From an uncultured Clostridia bacterium (GTDB taxonomy: Bacteria; Bacillota; Clostridia; TANB77; CAG-508): a DNA stretch of 42,907 bases. Position 1 is the first letter of the stretch. Each line of letters opens with the position of its first letter. Positions 1 to 10,495 of this stretch are shown here, in pieces. The stretch is from NCBI GenBank assembly GCA_904384205.1, contig CAJFJY010000006.1, positions 1 through 42,907 on the forward strand, read 5' to 3'. Both the position numbers and the translations under genes were made by a program. The notes beneath the pieces were generated by a model, which ran no database searches, had not been told where the DNA came from, and saw only the letters and a list, made by a program, of their open reading frames with translations.

Positions 1-316
1 ATAAGTCAACATATATTTTTGCATTTTCTAAATCTTTTTTACTTCCTCTAAAATTCAATATTGCATTCATTTCAGCATGACATACATAAGGATATTTTGT
101 ATCTAGATTTTCTCCTTCTCTTCCCCAAGGAAAGTCCTCGTCATTAAATCCATTCGGTGCTCCGTTATATCCAATTGATAATATTCTATTGTCATTACTT
201 ACTATACAAGCTCCAACTTGAGTTGATGGATCTTTACTCCTCATTGCTGATAGTTTAGCAATTGCCATAAAATATTCATCCCAACTTAAATAGTCTTTTC
301 TTTTTTCTCCACTCAT
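1..316 (-). CDS. dCMP deaminase (cytidine/deoxycytidylate deaminase family); 3' end runs off the window
   Basis: Not in the ORF track. Manual translation from ATG 316: [39 protein letters not shown]...GYNG...[14 protein letters not shown], with the HAE zinc motif; RBS AAAGGA upstream. Confidence 0.9.
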   Translation of the reverse strand, partial: MSGEKRKDYLSWDEYFMAIAKLSAMRSKDPSTQVGACIVSNDNRILSIGYNGAPNGFNDEDFPWGREGENLDTKYPYVCHAEMNAILNFRGSKKDLENAKIYVDL

Positions 317-389
317 TTTTAATTAATCCTTTCTCATTTTTCCTTACTATTTCAAATTTTTTCAAACTTTTTCTCACTTTTTTAAAGAT

Positions 390-443
390 CTGTCCCAAAA
401 ATCCCTATATGTAGGGATTTTGAGATACGTCCCTAAATCCCTA
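390..443. repeat. GGGAC/GTCCC palindromic intergenic element, copy 1
   Basis: Hairpin aaaatccctatatgtagggatttt plus gatacgtccctaaatccc; closely resembles the copy at 12542-12606. Confidence 0.75.
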
Positions 444-446
444 TTT

Positions 447-3400
447 CTATTCTACACTTTTCAAACTCGCTATCATATCTATTTTCTTTAATGCAAAATA
501 TGTTACTATACTTACTATTATTGAGAATGCTGCTGTTATTAATACTGCATATAAGTAACTTAGCGGATTTATTATTTTTACAAATCTTAGTATGTCTATT
601 TCACATGTTCCTAATATATATAAGTTTAAAAAATATCCTGCTACTAATCCTAATATTATTCCTATTATTGTAAGTAACACTGTTTCTCTTGATATATATG
701 TATATACTTCTTTATCATAAAATCCTAGTACTTTTATTGTTGCCAATTCTCTTATTCTTTCACTTATATTTACATTTGATAGGTTATATAGTACGACAAA
801 TGCCAATAATCCTGCTGAAATTATTAAGACTACTGCTACATAATTTAGAGAGCTCATTGTATCGTCTAATGCTCCCATAATTGTTGATGTTAGTGTTAAT
901 GTTGATACTTCATTTTGTGATACTAATTCTCTTGATAGTTCTTCTTCTTGTTCTTCGTTTAAGTTATTTTCTTTTACTAATACTACATTTGTGTTATATG
1001 TTTCTTGATATAGTTGTTCGTAAAATTCTCTAGACATATATACATAATGTGATATATAGTTTTCTGCTATATTTACTACTTTCACTTCTTTTTCTACATC
1101 GTTTGAGTCTGTTATTTTTATTGTATCTCCTACTTTTGCTCCTATTAATTCTGCTAGTTTATCTGTGATAACTATTCCTTCATTTCCTAGATTTAATTTT
1201 TCTTCTGTTTCTACATCTCTTAAATTGATTACTTTTTCTAGTTCGCTATTATCTTTTGGAACTATTAATTGGATATCTTCTTGTTTATCATCCTTACTTG
1301 CTGTTCCAGCCAACATATATCCTTCTGCTACTTCTGATATTTTATCATTGTTTTGTAAGTTTGTTATAAAGTTTTGTTTTTGAGTGTCATCTAATGATGT
1401 TTTTAATCCTATTTGCATATCATAATTGAATATGTTCTCATATTGTGCAGGAAGTATTGCTGAAATCGAATCTTTTAGTCCAAATCCTGCAAGTATTAGT
1501 GCTGTACATCCACATATTCCTATTATTGTCATCAAAAATCTCTTTTTATATCTGAATATATTTCTTATTGTTACTTTTTGTGAGAAGTTTAATCTTTTCC
1601 AAATTGGTGTTATTCTTTCTAATAAAACTCTTTTTCCTAGTTTTGGTGCTTTTGGTCTTAACAATATTGCTGGTTCTTCTTTTACTTCTCTTAGTATTGA
1701 ATATATTGTTGCTCCTACTATACAAATATATATTAATCCTAGTCCTATTGAAGAGAATTCATGGTTAAATGATACTATAAATTCTGGTAGTTCATACATC
1801 ATTGAATACATATCCCAAATTATTCTTGGTAATAGTTGGAATCCTATATTCATTCCAATTACTCCACCTATGATACATGCCAAACTTGAGTATATAATAT
1901 ATTTTAATGATATTTGGAATTTATTATATCCTAATGCTTTTAGTGTTCCTATTTCTTGTCTTTCTTCTTCTACCATTCTAGTCATTGATGTTAGTGATAC
2001 TAGTGCTGCTATTGCAAAAAATACTATTGGGAATACTATACTTAAATTTGCTATACTATCTGTATCTTGTATAAAACTACTATATCCTGAATTTTGGTTT
2101 CTATCTAATATGTACCATTCTGGATTTTCTATTTTTGATACTTCTTCTCTTGCATCTATTAGTTTCCCTTCTGCTTCATTTATTTTACTATTGAATTCTT
2201 CTCTTGCTGTTTGCAATTCAGCTTCTGCTTCTTGAATTTCTTGTTTTGATGATTCTAATTGTTGTTTTGCGTTATTTATTTCTCTATATGTTCTTGTTTT
2301 CTGTGCTTGTAGATTTGCTTCTTGTGTTGTTATTTCTCTTTTTGCTGATGCAATTTGTGTCTCTGCACTTGATATCTCTTGTTTTGCTGTATTTACTTGT
2401 GTTTCTATTTGTGCTATTCCATTTTCGATTGTTGTTTTATTTGTTTCTAATTCTTGCTTTTGCGTGTTTAATTGTCTTTTTGCTTCTTCTAAAATTAGCT
2501 TTTCCTGTTCTGTTAATTCTGGATCTTTTAGTTTTTCTTCTATTTGTGCATAATTTGTATTTATTTCGTTTAATCCTGCTGTTACTGTTGTTAAATTATT
2601 TTGTAATTCAGCTTTTTGCGTTTCTGCTTCTTTGAAACTTGTTTCAGCTTCTTGTTTTTTATTATTTAGTTCTAACTCGTTTGCTGTTATTTGTGCTTTT
2701 GCATTATTTATTTCTTCTTCAGCATTTGCAAATTCTCTATTTGCTTTGCTTTCATTTGCTTTTATTTCTGCTTCTCCTGAAACTATTTCATTTTTTCCTT
2801 CTTGCACTTTAGCTTCTGCATCACTTAGTTGTTGCTCTCCATTTTGTTTTTCTGTATTAAACTCATTTTCTGCTTCAGCTATTTTCTGATTTGCTTCATC
2901 TATTAATTCATTATATCTTGCTTGTTCTCTTTCTTCTTTAATTGCTTCTACATTTGTCTTTGTTTCATTTATTAGGTCTTCATATCTATTACTTGATGTT
3001 TGATATCTATCACTATTCTTTACTTTTATATATATTTCTGTGTATGCTTCACTATTTACATTGTCTTTACTTATGTAGATATAATAATTGATTGAGCCTG
3101 CCCCTAGTTTGCTTGTTCCTCTTTCTCTTGATATGTATAATGGACTTTTTACTGTTCCTACAATTTTTAAATTTTTTTCTTTTAAATACTCTGTATCTTC
3201 ATCGCCTTGTATTTCATTTTCTTCTGGTTCTATTTCTATATAATCTCCTATTTTTTTATCATTTAGTTTTAGGAAATTTTCCTCAACGACACATTCATTT
3301 GCATTTTGTGGCATTGTTCCTTCTACTAATATAGGTTTATTTATTTCATCAACGCATAGTATTTTTGCAACTACTTCTTTGTCATTTAATTTTATTAAAC

Positions 3401-3785
3401 CGTCTTTACTATATGTTCCAATGACTTCTTCTACATTTTCAACTTGTTTTAATGCTTCTATATCTTCATCTGTTAATCCTAATGTGGAAATTACTTCTAT
3501 ATCATATACATTTTGATTTTTATAATATGTATCTATACTATCTAACATATCTGGAGATGCTGCTCTTAGTCCTGAGAAGAATCCTACTCCTAATAATGCC
3601 ATAAGCAATATTGAGATGAATCTTTTATAGCTTGTTTTTATTTCTTTAAAACTATCTTTTAATAATGCTTTTTTTACTTTATATTTCTTCGTTTTTACTA
3701 CTTTCTTATTTTTATTTTCAACTTTTTCATTTCTTTCTTTCTTTTTCTGCTTTTCTTCTTTTTTGTCTTTTTCCATAATTTCCAC
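447..3785 (-). CDS. FtsX/MacB-like ABC transporter permease with a long coiled-coil extracellular region
   Basis: 1112 aa; two TM clusters, each with an ERxxE(I/L)xT(L/I)KxLG-type motif; central heptad-rich region; adjacent to an ABC ATPase. Confidence 0.85.
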   Translation of the reverse strand: MEIMEKDKKEEKQKKKERNEKVENKNKKVVKTKKYKVKKALLKDSFKEIKTSYKRFISILLMALLGVGFFSGLRAASPDMLDSIDTYYKNQNVYDIEVISTLGLTDEDIEALKQVENVEEVIGTYSKDGLIKLNDKEVVAKILCVDEINKPILVEGTMPQNANECVVEENFLKLNDKKIGDYIEIEPEENEIQGDEDTEYLKEKNLKIVGTVKSPLYISRERGTSKLGAGSINYYIYISKDNVNSEAYTEIYIKVKNSDRYQTSSNRYEDLINETKTNVEAIKEEREQARYNELIDEANQKIAEAENEFNTEKQNGEQQLSDAEAKVQEGKNEIVSGEAEIKANESKANREFANAEEEINNAKAQITANELELNNKKQEAETSFKEAETQKAELQNNLTTVTAGLNEINTNYAQIEEKLKDPELTEQEKLILEEAKRQLNTQKQELETNKTTIENGIAQIETQVNTAKQEISSAETQIASAKREITTQEANLQAQKTRTYREINNAKQQLESSKQEIQEAEAELQTAREEFNSKINEAEGKLIDAREEVSKIENPEWYILDRNQNSGYSSFIQDTDSIANLSIVFPIVFFAIAALVSLTSMTRMVEEERQEIGTLKALGYNKFQISLKYIIYSSLACIIGGVIGMNIGFQLLPRIIWDMYSMMYELPEFIVSFNHEFSSIGLGLIYICIVGATIYSILREVKEEPAILLRPKAPKLGKRVLLERITPIWKRLNFSQKVTIRNIFRYKKRFLMTIIGICGCTALILAGFGLKDSISAILPAQYENIFNYDMQIGLKTSLDDTQKQNFITNLQNNDKISEVAEGYMLAGTASKDDKQEDIQLIVPKDNSELEKVINLRDVETEEKLNLGNEGIVITDKLAELIGAKVGDTIKITDSNDVEKEVKVVNIAENYISHYVYMSREFYEQLYQETYNTNVVLVKENNLNEEQEEELSRELVSQNEVSTLTLTSTIMGALDDTMSSLNYVAVVLIISAGLLAFVVLYNLSNVNISERIRELATIKVLGFYDKEVYTYISRETVLLTIIGIILGLVAGYFLNLYILGTCEIDILRFVKIINPLSYLYAVLITAAFSIIVSIVTYFALKKIDMIASLKSVE

Positions 3786-3815
3786 CTCCTTAAGCTTTAG
3801 TATATTTTTGATGTT

Positions 3816-4517
3816 TTACCATTCTATTTGTTCTATAGGTAGCGGTTTTTCATTTATTTCTATGCTTTCTGCTGTTCCATTTTTAAATCTAATTATTTTA
3901 TCTGCCATTGGTGCTAGTGCTGCATTATGTGTTATTATTAAAACAGTCATTTTTTCTTTTCTTGCTGTATCTTGCAAAAGTTTTAGGATTTGCTTTCCTG
4001 TTTTATAGTCTAGCGCTCCTGTTGGCTCATCACATAATAATAATTTTGGATTTTTTGCCAATGCTCTTGCTATTGCCACTCTTTGTTGCTCTCCACCTGA
4101 TAATTGTGATGGAAAGTTTTTCATTCTATCTTTTAATCCTACTTTTTCTAACACTTCTTCTGGATCTAATGAATCTTTACATATTTGAGTTGCAAGCTCT
4201 ACATTTTCTATTGCTGTTAAGTTTTGAACTAGGTTATAAAATTGGAAAACAAATCCTATGTCTTCTCTTCTATATTTTATTAATGCTTTTCCTTTTAATT
4301 CTGAAATTTTTTTATCGTCTACTATAACTTCTCCTGATGTTACATGGTCCATTCCACCTAATATATTTAAAGCTGTTGTTTTTCCAGCTCCACTAGGTCC
4401 TACAATTACTACTAATTCTCCTTTTTCTATTGAAAAATTAGTGTTATTCAATGCTTTTATTATTATTTCTCCCATTTTATATTCTTTACATACATTTTTA
4501 AATTCTATATATGCCAT
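3816..4517 (-). CDS. ABC transporter ATP-binding protein (LolD/MacB type)
   Basis: Walker [23 protein letters not shown] signature, [12 protein letters not shown]-loop; start moved to ATG 4517 behind RBS GAGGTG. Confidence 0.92.
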   Translation of the reverse strand: MAYIEFKNVCKEYKMGEIIIKALNNTNFSIEKGELVVIVGPSGAGKTTALNILGGMDHVTSGEVIVDDKKISELKGKALIKYRREDIGFVFQFYNLVQNLTAIENVELATQICKDSLDPEEVLEKVGLKDRMKNFPSQLSGGEQQRVAIARALAKNPKLLLCDEPTGALDYKTGKQILKLLQDTARKEKMTVLIITHNAALAPMADKIIRFKNGTAESIEINEKPLPIEQIEW

Positions 4518-4610
4518 AATTTTCACCTCTTTTGAATATTATATTTTTATAAAATTCAATTATCCCTATATACAAATTATAACATATTTGGAAAAAAAGT
4601 TAAAGTAAAA

Positions 4611-5609
4611 TCAAACGATATATGCAATTTTATTTTGCGGAAAATATTTTTTCATCAGATCCCTGAAAAATAGCTCTCCATCTTGTCTTATCTCATTTTT
4701 ATACATATATTTTCCTTTACCTCTACCTGTCATTATTTCTTTATTATATAAGTTTATTGCATTTGGAAAAGCCTCTTCATTTATTTTTGTATGAACATAG
4801 CTATATGTCATAAATATTATCTCAAAAAATGCTTCCTTTTTTATCTTATTCGAAAGCTCGCTTTCTAATCTTTGGACAAGTTCAGTATATTTTTCTTTCC
4901 AATTTTCTACTAGTATAACTGGTGCAATTAGTATCCCTACTTTATATCCTGCTTCCCCTAGCTTATTTATTGCTTCTATTCTTTCATTCAGTCTTGATGT
5001 TCCAAATTCTACTTTGTTTATTATTTCTTCTGGATTTACACTCATTCTTACAACTATTTTTCCTTTATGATCTAATGGCAAAATATTATCTACCATACTG
5101 AATTTTGTCGGAAATGTTAATTTTCCCTTAGTTGTATTTTTAAAATTTTCAATTGTCCATACTAAATTATTTGTAATTGTATTTTCTAGTATTAAATCAC
5201 TATTGCTTCCTATTTCAAATGTTAGTTCTTTTTCTGATTTTTCACTTGTTTTTATTATTTTGTTTAACATTTCTTCTCTATTCACAAACAGTCTTAAATA
5301 TGCACATTTGTTATAATTACATACTAAATAACAATATAAACATGATGCTGTACATCCTGAAGATGTATATGGCACCAAAAAATCTGATGTTTTATGATTT
5401 TCTACAAATTTATGTGTTTTTCTTGTTCCTATAATTAAATTTCTCTTCATATATGGAAATTCTTTATTTGATTTTTTTCTCATTTCTTCTATGTTGTTAT
5501 GGTTTTCTATTTCAAATTTTGGTATTTCTTTATATTTTTCTAACAATTCTTTTCCAAGTTCATAATTCTCAATATTTTTCTCAAAATAAATAGCTTCTGG
5601 TTTGAACAT
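4611..5609 (-). CDS. splB: Spore photoproduct lyase family radical SAM protein
   Basis: CTASCLYC radical-SAM motif; YLRLFVN, FEIGSNSD and FPTKF segments typical of SplB; RBS AGGAGG. Confidence 0.75.
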   Translation of the reverse strand: MFKPEAIYFEKNIENYELGKELLEKYKEIPKFEIENHNNIEEMRKKSNKEFPYMKRNLIIGTRKTHKFVENHKTSDFLVPYTSSGCTASCLYCYLVCNYNKCAYLRLFVNREEMLNKIIKTSEKSEKELTFEIGSNSDLILENTITNNLVWTIENFKNTTKGKLTFPTKFSMVDNILPLDHKGKIVVRMSVNPEEIINKVEFGTSRLNERIEAINKLGEAGYKVGILIAPVILVENWKEKYTELVQRLESELSNKIKKEAFFEIIFMTYSYVHTKINEEAFPNAINLYNKEIMTGRGKGKYMYKNEIRQDGELFFRDLMKKYFPQNKIAYIV

Positions 5610-5661
5610 AAAAAACTCCTCCTTGTTTTTCTATTCTTTCCAAAAGCTATTTTTATTATTC

Positions 5662-6156
5662 TTATTTATTTTTTCTCTCATATACTACAAAATCATATTC
5701 TAAGTCGTTTTGTTCTATATCTTCGCCTTTTTCTCTACTTACTTCTTTCCAAATATCTAAATTGATTTTTGGAAAAACTGTGTCACCTTCAAAATCTTTA
5801 TGTATTTCTGTTATATACATTTTGTTTACATATGGCATTAGCAAATTATATATCATTGCCCCACCAATCACAAAATTTTCTTCTTTATTTTCAATATATT
5901 CTTGTATTTCTAACATTGAGTGTACTATTTTTACATTTTCATCATTTACCTTAAAGTCTGAATTTTGTGTAAATACTATATGTTTTCTATTTGGTAATAC
6001 TCTTCCTAAAGATTCAAATGTTTTTCTTCCCATTATGATTGTATGTCCTGTTGTTATATCTTTAAATCTTTTTAAATCTTCTGGTATATGCCATAATAAC
6101 TTGTTATCTTTTCCAATTATATTATTTTGTGCTTTTGCTACTATTATACTTAACAT
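5662..6156 (-). CDS. folA: Dihydrofolate reductase
   Basis: IGKDNKLLWHIPEDLKRFK, MGRKTFES, LPNR, IGGAMIY, GDTVFP. Confidence 0.95.
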   Translation of the reverse strand: MLSIIVAKAQNNIIGKDNKLLWHIPEDLKRFKDITTGHTIIMGRKTFESLGRVLPNRKHIVFTQNSDFKVNDENVKIVHSMLEIQEYIENKEENFVIGGAMIYNLLMPYVNKMYITEIHKDFEGDTVFPKINLDIWKEVSREKGEDIEQNDLEYDFVVYERKNK

Positions 6157-6171
6157 TTTTTATCCTTTCTG

Positions 6172-6218
6172 GGGACGTATCAAATTGAACAAATTTTGAA
6201 CGATTTGATACGTCCCTA
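6172..6218. repeat. GGGAC/GTCCC palindromic element, copy 2; overlaps the thyA stop codon
   Basis: Perfect 14-bp inverted repeat gggacgtatcaaat (6172-6185) / atttgatacgtccc (6203-6216); thyA TAG at 6216-6218. Confidence 0.85.
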
Positions 6219-7073
6219 AATTGCAACTGGAATTTTCCCAATTTTAACTTCTTTGTTGTAATCGTAATTTTGTACTTCAAAGTCTTCTACTTTAAATTCA
6301 TAGAAGTCTTTTGTTGGATTTTTTATGACTAATTTTGGAACTACATCTACTGGTGTTGCTTCAAGTAATTGTTTTACCAAAGGTATATGTCTATCATATA
6401 TATGGCAATCTCCTATATTGTGTGTTAACGTTCCTACTTCTAGTCCTGACACTTGTGCAAACATACATTGTAATGCTGCATATTGCATTACATTCCAGCC
6501 ATTTGCTGTTAGCATATCTTGTGAACGTTGATTTAAAATAAGGTGTAACTTTCCGCCTTTTACTAGCCATTGTGTTCCATATGCACATGGTTCTAAGTTC
6601 ATATCCTTTAATTCTTCGTGATTAAATAGATTTGTCATAATTCTTCTGCTTGCTGGGTCATGTTTTAGAAGATATAAGCAGTAATCAACTTGGTCCATTA
6701 CTTTTATTCCTTCTTTTGTTTTGAATTCGTATTTTTTGCCTAGTTGATATCCATATGCTTTTCCTATTGTTCCGTCTTCTCCTGCCCATTGATCCCAGAT
6801 ATGTGAATGCAAGTCTTCTATTTTATTTGACTTTTTCTGCCATATCCATAAGATTTCATCAATGGCATTTTTTATTGTTTTTGAGTTGTTACGAAGTGTT
6901 ATCATAGGAAATTCTTTTCCTACATCATATTTGTTTTGTACTCCTACTATTGAATAGTAATTTGCTTCTGCTCCATCTTCCCATCTTGTTCTTACTCCTG
7001 TTCCTTCTGATGAGAATCCATGTTCAATTATTTCTTTACATGTTTTTATAAATTGTTCATCTGCTTGCGTCAT
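6216..7073 (-). CDS. thyA: Thymidylate synthase
   Basis: SRR, LEPC catalytic Cys, QRSQD, N..QYA, GDCHIYDRH; adjacent to folA. Confidence 0.95.
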   Translation of the reverse strand: MTQADEQFIKTCKEIIEHGFSSEGTGVRTRWEDGAEANYYSIVGVQNKYDVGKEFPMITLRNNSKTIKNAIDEILWIWQKKSNKIEDLHSHIWDQWAGEDGTIGKAYGYQLGKKYEFKTKEGIKVMDQVDYCLYLLKHDPASRRIMTNLFNHEELKDMNLEPCAYGTQWLVKGGKLHLILNQRSQDMLTANGWNVMQYAALQCMFAQVSGLEVGTLTHNIGDCHIYDRHIPLVKQLLEATPVDVVPKLVIKNPTKDFYEFKVEDFEVQNYDYNKEVKIGKIPVAI

Positions 7074-7128
7074 TTTATATTCCTCCCATTATTTTATTTT
7101 TTTCAATATATCAAACTTTATATTTTTT

Positions 7129-7221
7129 TGTCAACGGGGACGGAGATTTTTGACAACATATTAATTTAGCAAAAAGTTTAAAGTTAGAAGAAGTTGTCAA
7201 AAATCTCCGTCCCCATTGACA
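7129..7221. repeat. GGGAC/GTCCC element, copy 3; 29-bp inverted repeat
   Basis: tgtcaacggggacggagatttttgacaac (7129-7157) vs gttgtcaaaaatctccgtccccattgaca (7193-7221), 28/29 complementary; the right arm encodes the C-terminus and stop of the upstream gene. Confidence 0.88.
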
Positions 7222-8120
7222 TTCCATTTTGGTACATATTCTTCTTCATGTTCTCCTAGTTCTTGCATATATCCATTTTTTATATCTAATTCATAGACAA
7301 AATCTTCTATTTCTTTAAACTCTTTTTGTGTTAATTTTCTATTTAATTTTTCATCTTCCTTTGCTTTATATGTAGGAAAATATTGTGCCATTACATTTAT
7401 ATATACATCATTATTTATGTTTTCTTTAATCCATTTTAATATTTTTTTACTATTTTCTATATTATTTGGTAACACTAGATGTCTTATCATTAATCCTTTT
7501 TTTATTATTCCTCTTTCATCTAATAATGTTTTTCCAACTTGATTATACATTTCTAAAATTGCTTTTGTTGTAATTTCAAAATAGTTATCAATTTTAGAAT
7601 ATCTTTTTCCTATTTTGTTGTAGTAATATTTTAAATCTGGCAAATATACATCAATATATCCTTCTAATTTTTTTATTGTTTCTATACTTTCATATCCATT
7701 TGTGTTATATATTATTGGTATATGTAGTCCATTACTTTTTGCTATTTTAATTGCTTCAATTATTTGTACTGTATAACTTGTTGGAGTTACTAAGTTTATA
7801 TTTTCTACATCTTTTTCTTGTAATTCTAGCATTATTTCTGCTAATCTTTCTATTGATATTTCTTTGCCTTTTCCTAATTGACTTATTTCATAGTTTTGGC
7901 AATATATACGGTTTAAGTTACAGTTAGAAAAAAAGATCGTTCCAGATCCTTTTTCTCCGCTTATACATGGCTCTTCATATTTATGTATAGAATATAGGGC
8001 AATTTTTATTTTATCAGTTGCTTTGCATCTTCCTATTTTCCCTTTTATTCTATTTACTTTACATTTATGAGGACACATTTCGCATTTTTCTAGTTCTTTT
8101 AGGTAATTTGATTGTTCCAT
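7197..8120 (-). CDS. PflX-like radical SAM protein; CxxxCxxC motif altered to CxxxRxxC
   Basis: N-terminal CxxCPxxC, EEPCISG, GTIFFSNCNLNRIYCQN, NINLVTPT, YLPDLKY, IRHLVLP, MAQYFP. Confidence 0.85.
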   Translation of the reverse strand: MEQSNYLKELEKCEMCPHKCKVNRIKGKIGRCKATDKIKIALYSIHKYEEPCISGEKGSGTIFFSNCNLNRIYCQNYEISQLGKGKEISIERLAEIMLELQEKDVENINLVTPTSYTVQIIEAIKIAKSNGLHIPIIYNTNGYESIETIKKLEGYIDVYLPDLKYYYNKIGKRYSKIDNYFEITTKAILEMYNQVGKTLLDERGIIKKGLMIRHLVLPNNIENSKKILKWIKENINNDVYINVMAQYFPTYKAKEDEKLNRKLTQKEFKEIEDFVYELDIKNGYMQELGEHEEEYVPKWNVNGDGDF

Positions 8121-8133
8121 TTTTTCCCTTTCT

Positions 8134-8160
8134 TTGTCAAAAATCTACGTCCCATTGACA
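8134..8160. repeat. Single arm of the GGGAC element, a near-direct copy of 7194-7221
   Basis: ttgtcaaaaatctacgtcccattgaca; contains the TAG stop (8145-8147) of the 229-aa gene. Confidence 0.75.
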
Positions 8161-8834
8161 ACTTTTATTACATAAAAGTTATCATTGTCTCCTTTTTGCA
8201 ATGTTACTATTTTTTTTGAAAGTTTATCAATATTTTCCTTTATTGTATTTACTATTACTGTTTCTCCATCAGTATCTTTTACTGTTGCTATTTCTTCTCC
8301 ATTTAAATTTTCTATTTTGATATCATAACCATTATTACTTTCTTCTGTTTCATTTGAATAATCCTCTAAATATTCTGCAATTTCTACTTTATATTCATTT
8401 TGGCTTTTTTCTATGCTGTTTATATAAAATACATCTTCTTTATTGTCTGTTTGTACTTCTCCTGCTACATATAAGTTTAAAGATTCATCATATTTTAAAT
8501 TTTCTGTTCCTTCTTCCGGAAATTCTTTTGTGAAATTTGGTCCAAATATTTCTGTTGCTTTACTTTGTATTTGTTCTCGTGATACTGCATATTCTTCTAA
8601 ATTGTTTACTACTACTTGCCATAGCCATAAATCTGGTGCATTGTTTATGTCATCAAATGTGGGTAATGCTTCTCCTGTTACTTCTTTCCAAGCATAAATT
8701 TTTGTTATATATTCTTCTATTTGCCCTACTTCACTTGCTGTTACATTATTACTATTTATGTTACTTCTCCTATATATTACCATCCCCACAAATATTACTA
8801 ATAACACACATATTATAGCTATCAATTTCTTCAT
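8145..8834 (-). CDS. Hypothetical exported or membrane-anchored acidic protein
   Basis: MKK plus hydrophobic N-terminal helix; RBS AGGAGG; no family recognised. Confidence 0.75.
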   Translation of the reverse strand: MKKLIAIICVLLVIFVGMVIYRRSNINSNNVTASEVGQIEEYITKIYAWKEVTGEALPTFDDINNAPDLWLWQVVVNNLEEYAVSREQIQSKATEIFGPNFTKEFPEEGTENLKYDESLNLYVAGEVQTDNKEDVFYINSIEKSQNEYKVEIAEYLEDYSNETEESNNGYDIKIENLNGEEIATVKDTDGETVIVNTIKENIDKLSKKIVTLQKGDNDNFYVIKVVNGT

Positions 8835-8922
8835 GAATATGCCTCCTGCCTCTTTTGTTTTTTACATTCTATCACAGGCTATTTCTAAATTCAATATAAA
8901 TATTTCCTTTTTCACAAAATAT

Positions 8923-8948
8923 AGAGTAGAAACTTTTGTCTCTACTCT
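8923..8948 (-). terminator. Probable intrinsic terminator after the GH25-LysM gene
   Basis: agagtagaaac-tttt-gtctctactct stem, followed on the minus strand by ATATTTTG. Confidence 0.55.
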
Positions 8949-8955
8949 TACTAAT

Positions 8956-10458
8956 TTAAATTCTTAATTTTTGTCCTACATATATCATATTAGGATTTTC
9001 TATTTGATTTAATTCTGCTATTTCATTTACTATGGCTCCATACATTTCTGCAATTTCACTCAATGTATCTCCTCTTTGTACTGTATAGATGCAATGTCCA
9101 CAGTCATGTTCTACATTTGTATTTGATATTACTCTTGTGGTTATAGGAACTTTAATTATATTTCCAGCATATATCCTGTTTGGGTTTCTGATTCCATTTA
9201 GATTTGCTAATACATTTACTGTAGTTCCATACGTTGATGCTATTTCACTTAACGTGTCTCCTCTTTGTATTGTATAATTAATTGTAGATGTTATTGTATT
9301 ATTTGATGTGTTTGGTATTTGTAATATTTGACCAACATATATTAAGTTTGGATTTCTGATTCCATTTAGCCTTGCTATTGCATTTATTGTCGTTCCATAT
9401 TTTAAAGCTATTTTACTTAATGTATCTCCTTTTCTTACAACATAATTTTCATTATTGTTGTTATTGTTTCCTGAATTTGATGTATTATTTTTAGTTGGTA
9501 TTAATAATTGCTCTCCTGTATATATTAGATTTGGATTTACTATTCCGTTAATCCCTACAATTTCATTTACTGTTGTTCCATATCTTAATGCAAGTTCACT
9601 TAATGTATCTCCTCTTCTTACTGTATATGTTATATAGTTGTTGTTTCCAGAATTTTCGCCATTACCATCATCGCTTCCATTATTTCCGTTTCCTTCGTTT
9701 CCACTATTACCATTGCCGTTATTTCCTGGATTTATAGGTTCTGTACTTGATAAAAATATTTGCTCTGTGAATCTATCTCTATCTACATATCCATTTATTC
9801 CATCTACTACACCTCTATCTGTATATTGAAAACCTATCCATATATTCCATTTTCCGTTATTTTGAGGTTCATTTACTCCATATTCTGCTACCCATAAAGG
9901 ATATTGATTTGCGAGTTCTTGGCTAAAAACTGTTCTTGCACTATATGTATTGCTATATACTACCATTTCCTTTCCTGTTATTTCTTCTACTCTTCTTAAA
10001 AATGTAAATGATATTTCGTTTACTTCCTCATTTGTTAAATTCCCAAATACTTCAAAATCCATTACTAGTCTGCAATCTGCTGTCATTCCTGAAATAGCAT
10101 TTGCAAAATATTCAGCCTCTGCTACTGCCTGTGCATTATTTCTTGCTCTTACAAAATGATAAAATCCAATTCTTAGTCCATTTGCTCTTGCATTTTCATA
10201 ATTTTGTCTTAAATATGCATCTGTTATTGTTTGACCTTCTGTTGCTTTTATATACACGACTTCAATCCCTGCCGATCGTACTCTTGCATAATCAATGCTT
10301 CCTTGATAATTGCTTACATCTATTCCATTATATATATTGCTACTTGATGGCTCTATTGCTTTTACTTTTGTAATGGCTATGCTATTAAGTATTATTAGCA
10401 TAATTACTATTGTTGCATTTATTTTTGTTAGTATTCTTTTCAAAATAAATACCCCCAT
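8956..10458 (-). CDS. GH25 muramidase with four C-terminal LysM domains (autolysin)
   Basis: Signal peptide; GIDVSNYQG, KATEG, GFYHF, DFE, LWVAEY, FQYT, VDRD; Asn/Gly linker; four YxVxxGDTLSxIA-type LysM repeats. Confidence 0.9.
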   Translation of the reverse strand: MGVFILKRILTKINATIVIMLIILNSIAITKVKAIEPSSSNIYNGIDVSNYQGSIDYARVRSAGIEVVYIKATEGQTITDAYLRQNYENARANGLRIGFYHFVRARNNAQAVAEAEYFANAISGMTADCRLVMDFEVFGNLTNEEVNEISFTFLRRVEEITGKEMVVYSNTYSARTVFSQELANQYPLWVAEYGVNEPQNNGKWNIWIGFQYTDRGVVDGINGYVDRDRFTEQIFLSSTEPINPGNNGNGNSGNEGNGNNGSDDGNGENSGNNNYITYTVRRGDTLSELALRYGTTVNEIVGINGIVNPNLIYTGEQLLIPTKNNTSNSGNNNNNNENYVVRKGDTLSKIALKYGTTINAIARLNGIRNPNLIYVGQILQIPNTSNNTITSTINYTIQRGDTLSEIASTYGTTVNVLANLNGIRNPNRIYAGNIIKVPITTRVISNTNVEHDCGHCIYTVQRGDTLSEIAEMYGAIVNEIAELNQIENPNMIYVGQKLRI

Positions 10459-10495
10459 TCATATTACATAATATGAATAGAGGTTTTTGGTTGTG

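Noticed and set aside
8956-10458. GH25 lysin as a prophage marker
   Set aside because: Has a signal peptide, and no holin or phage genes are nearby; more likely a host autolysin.
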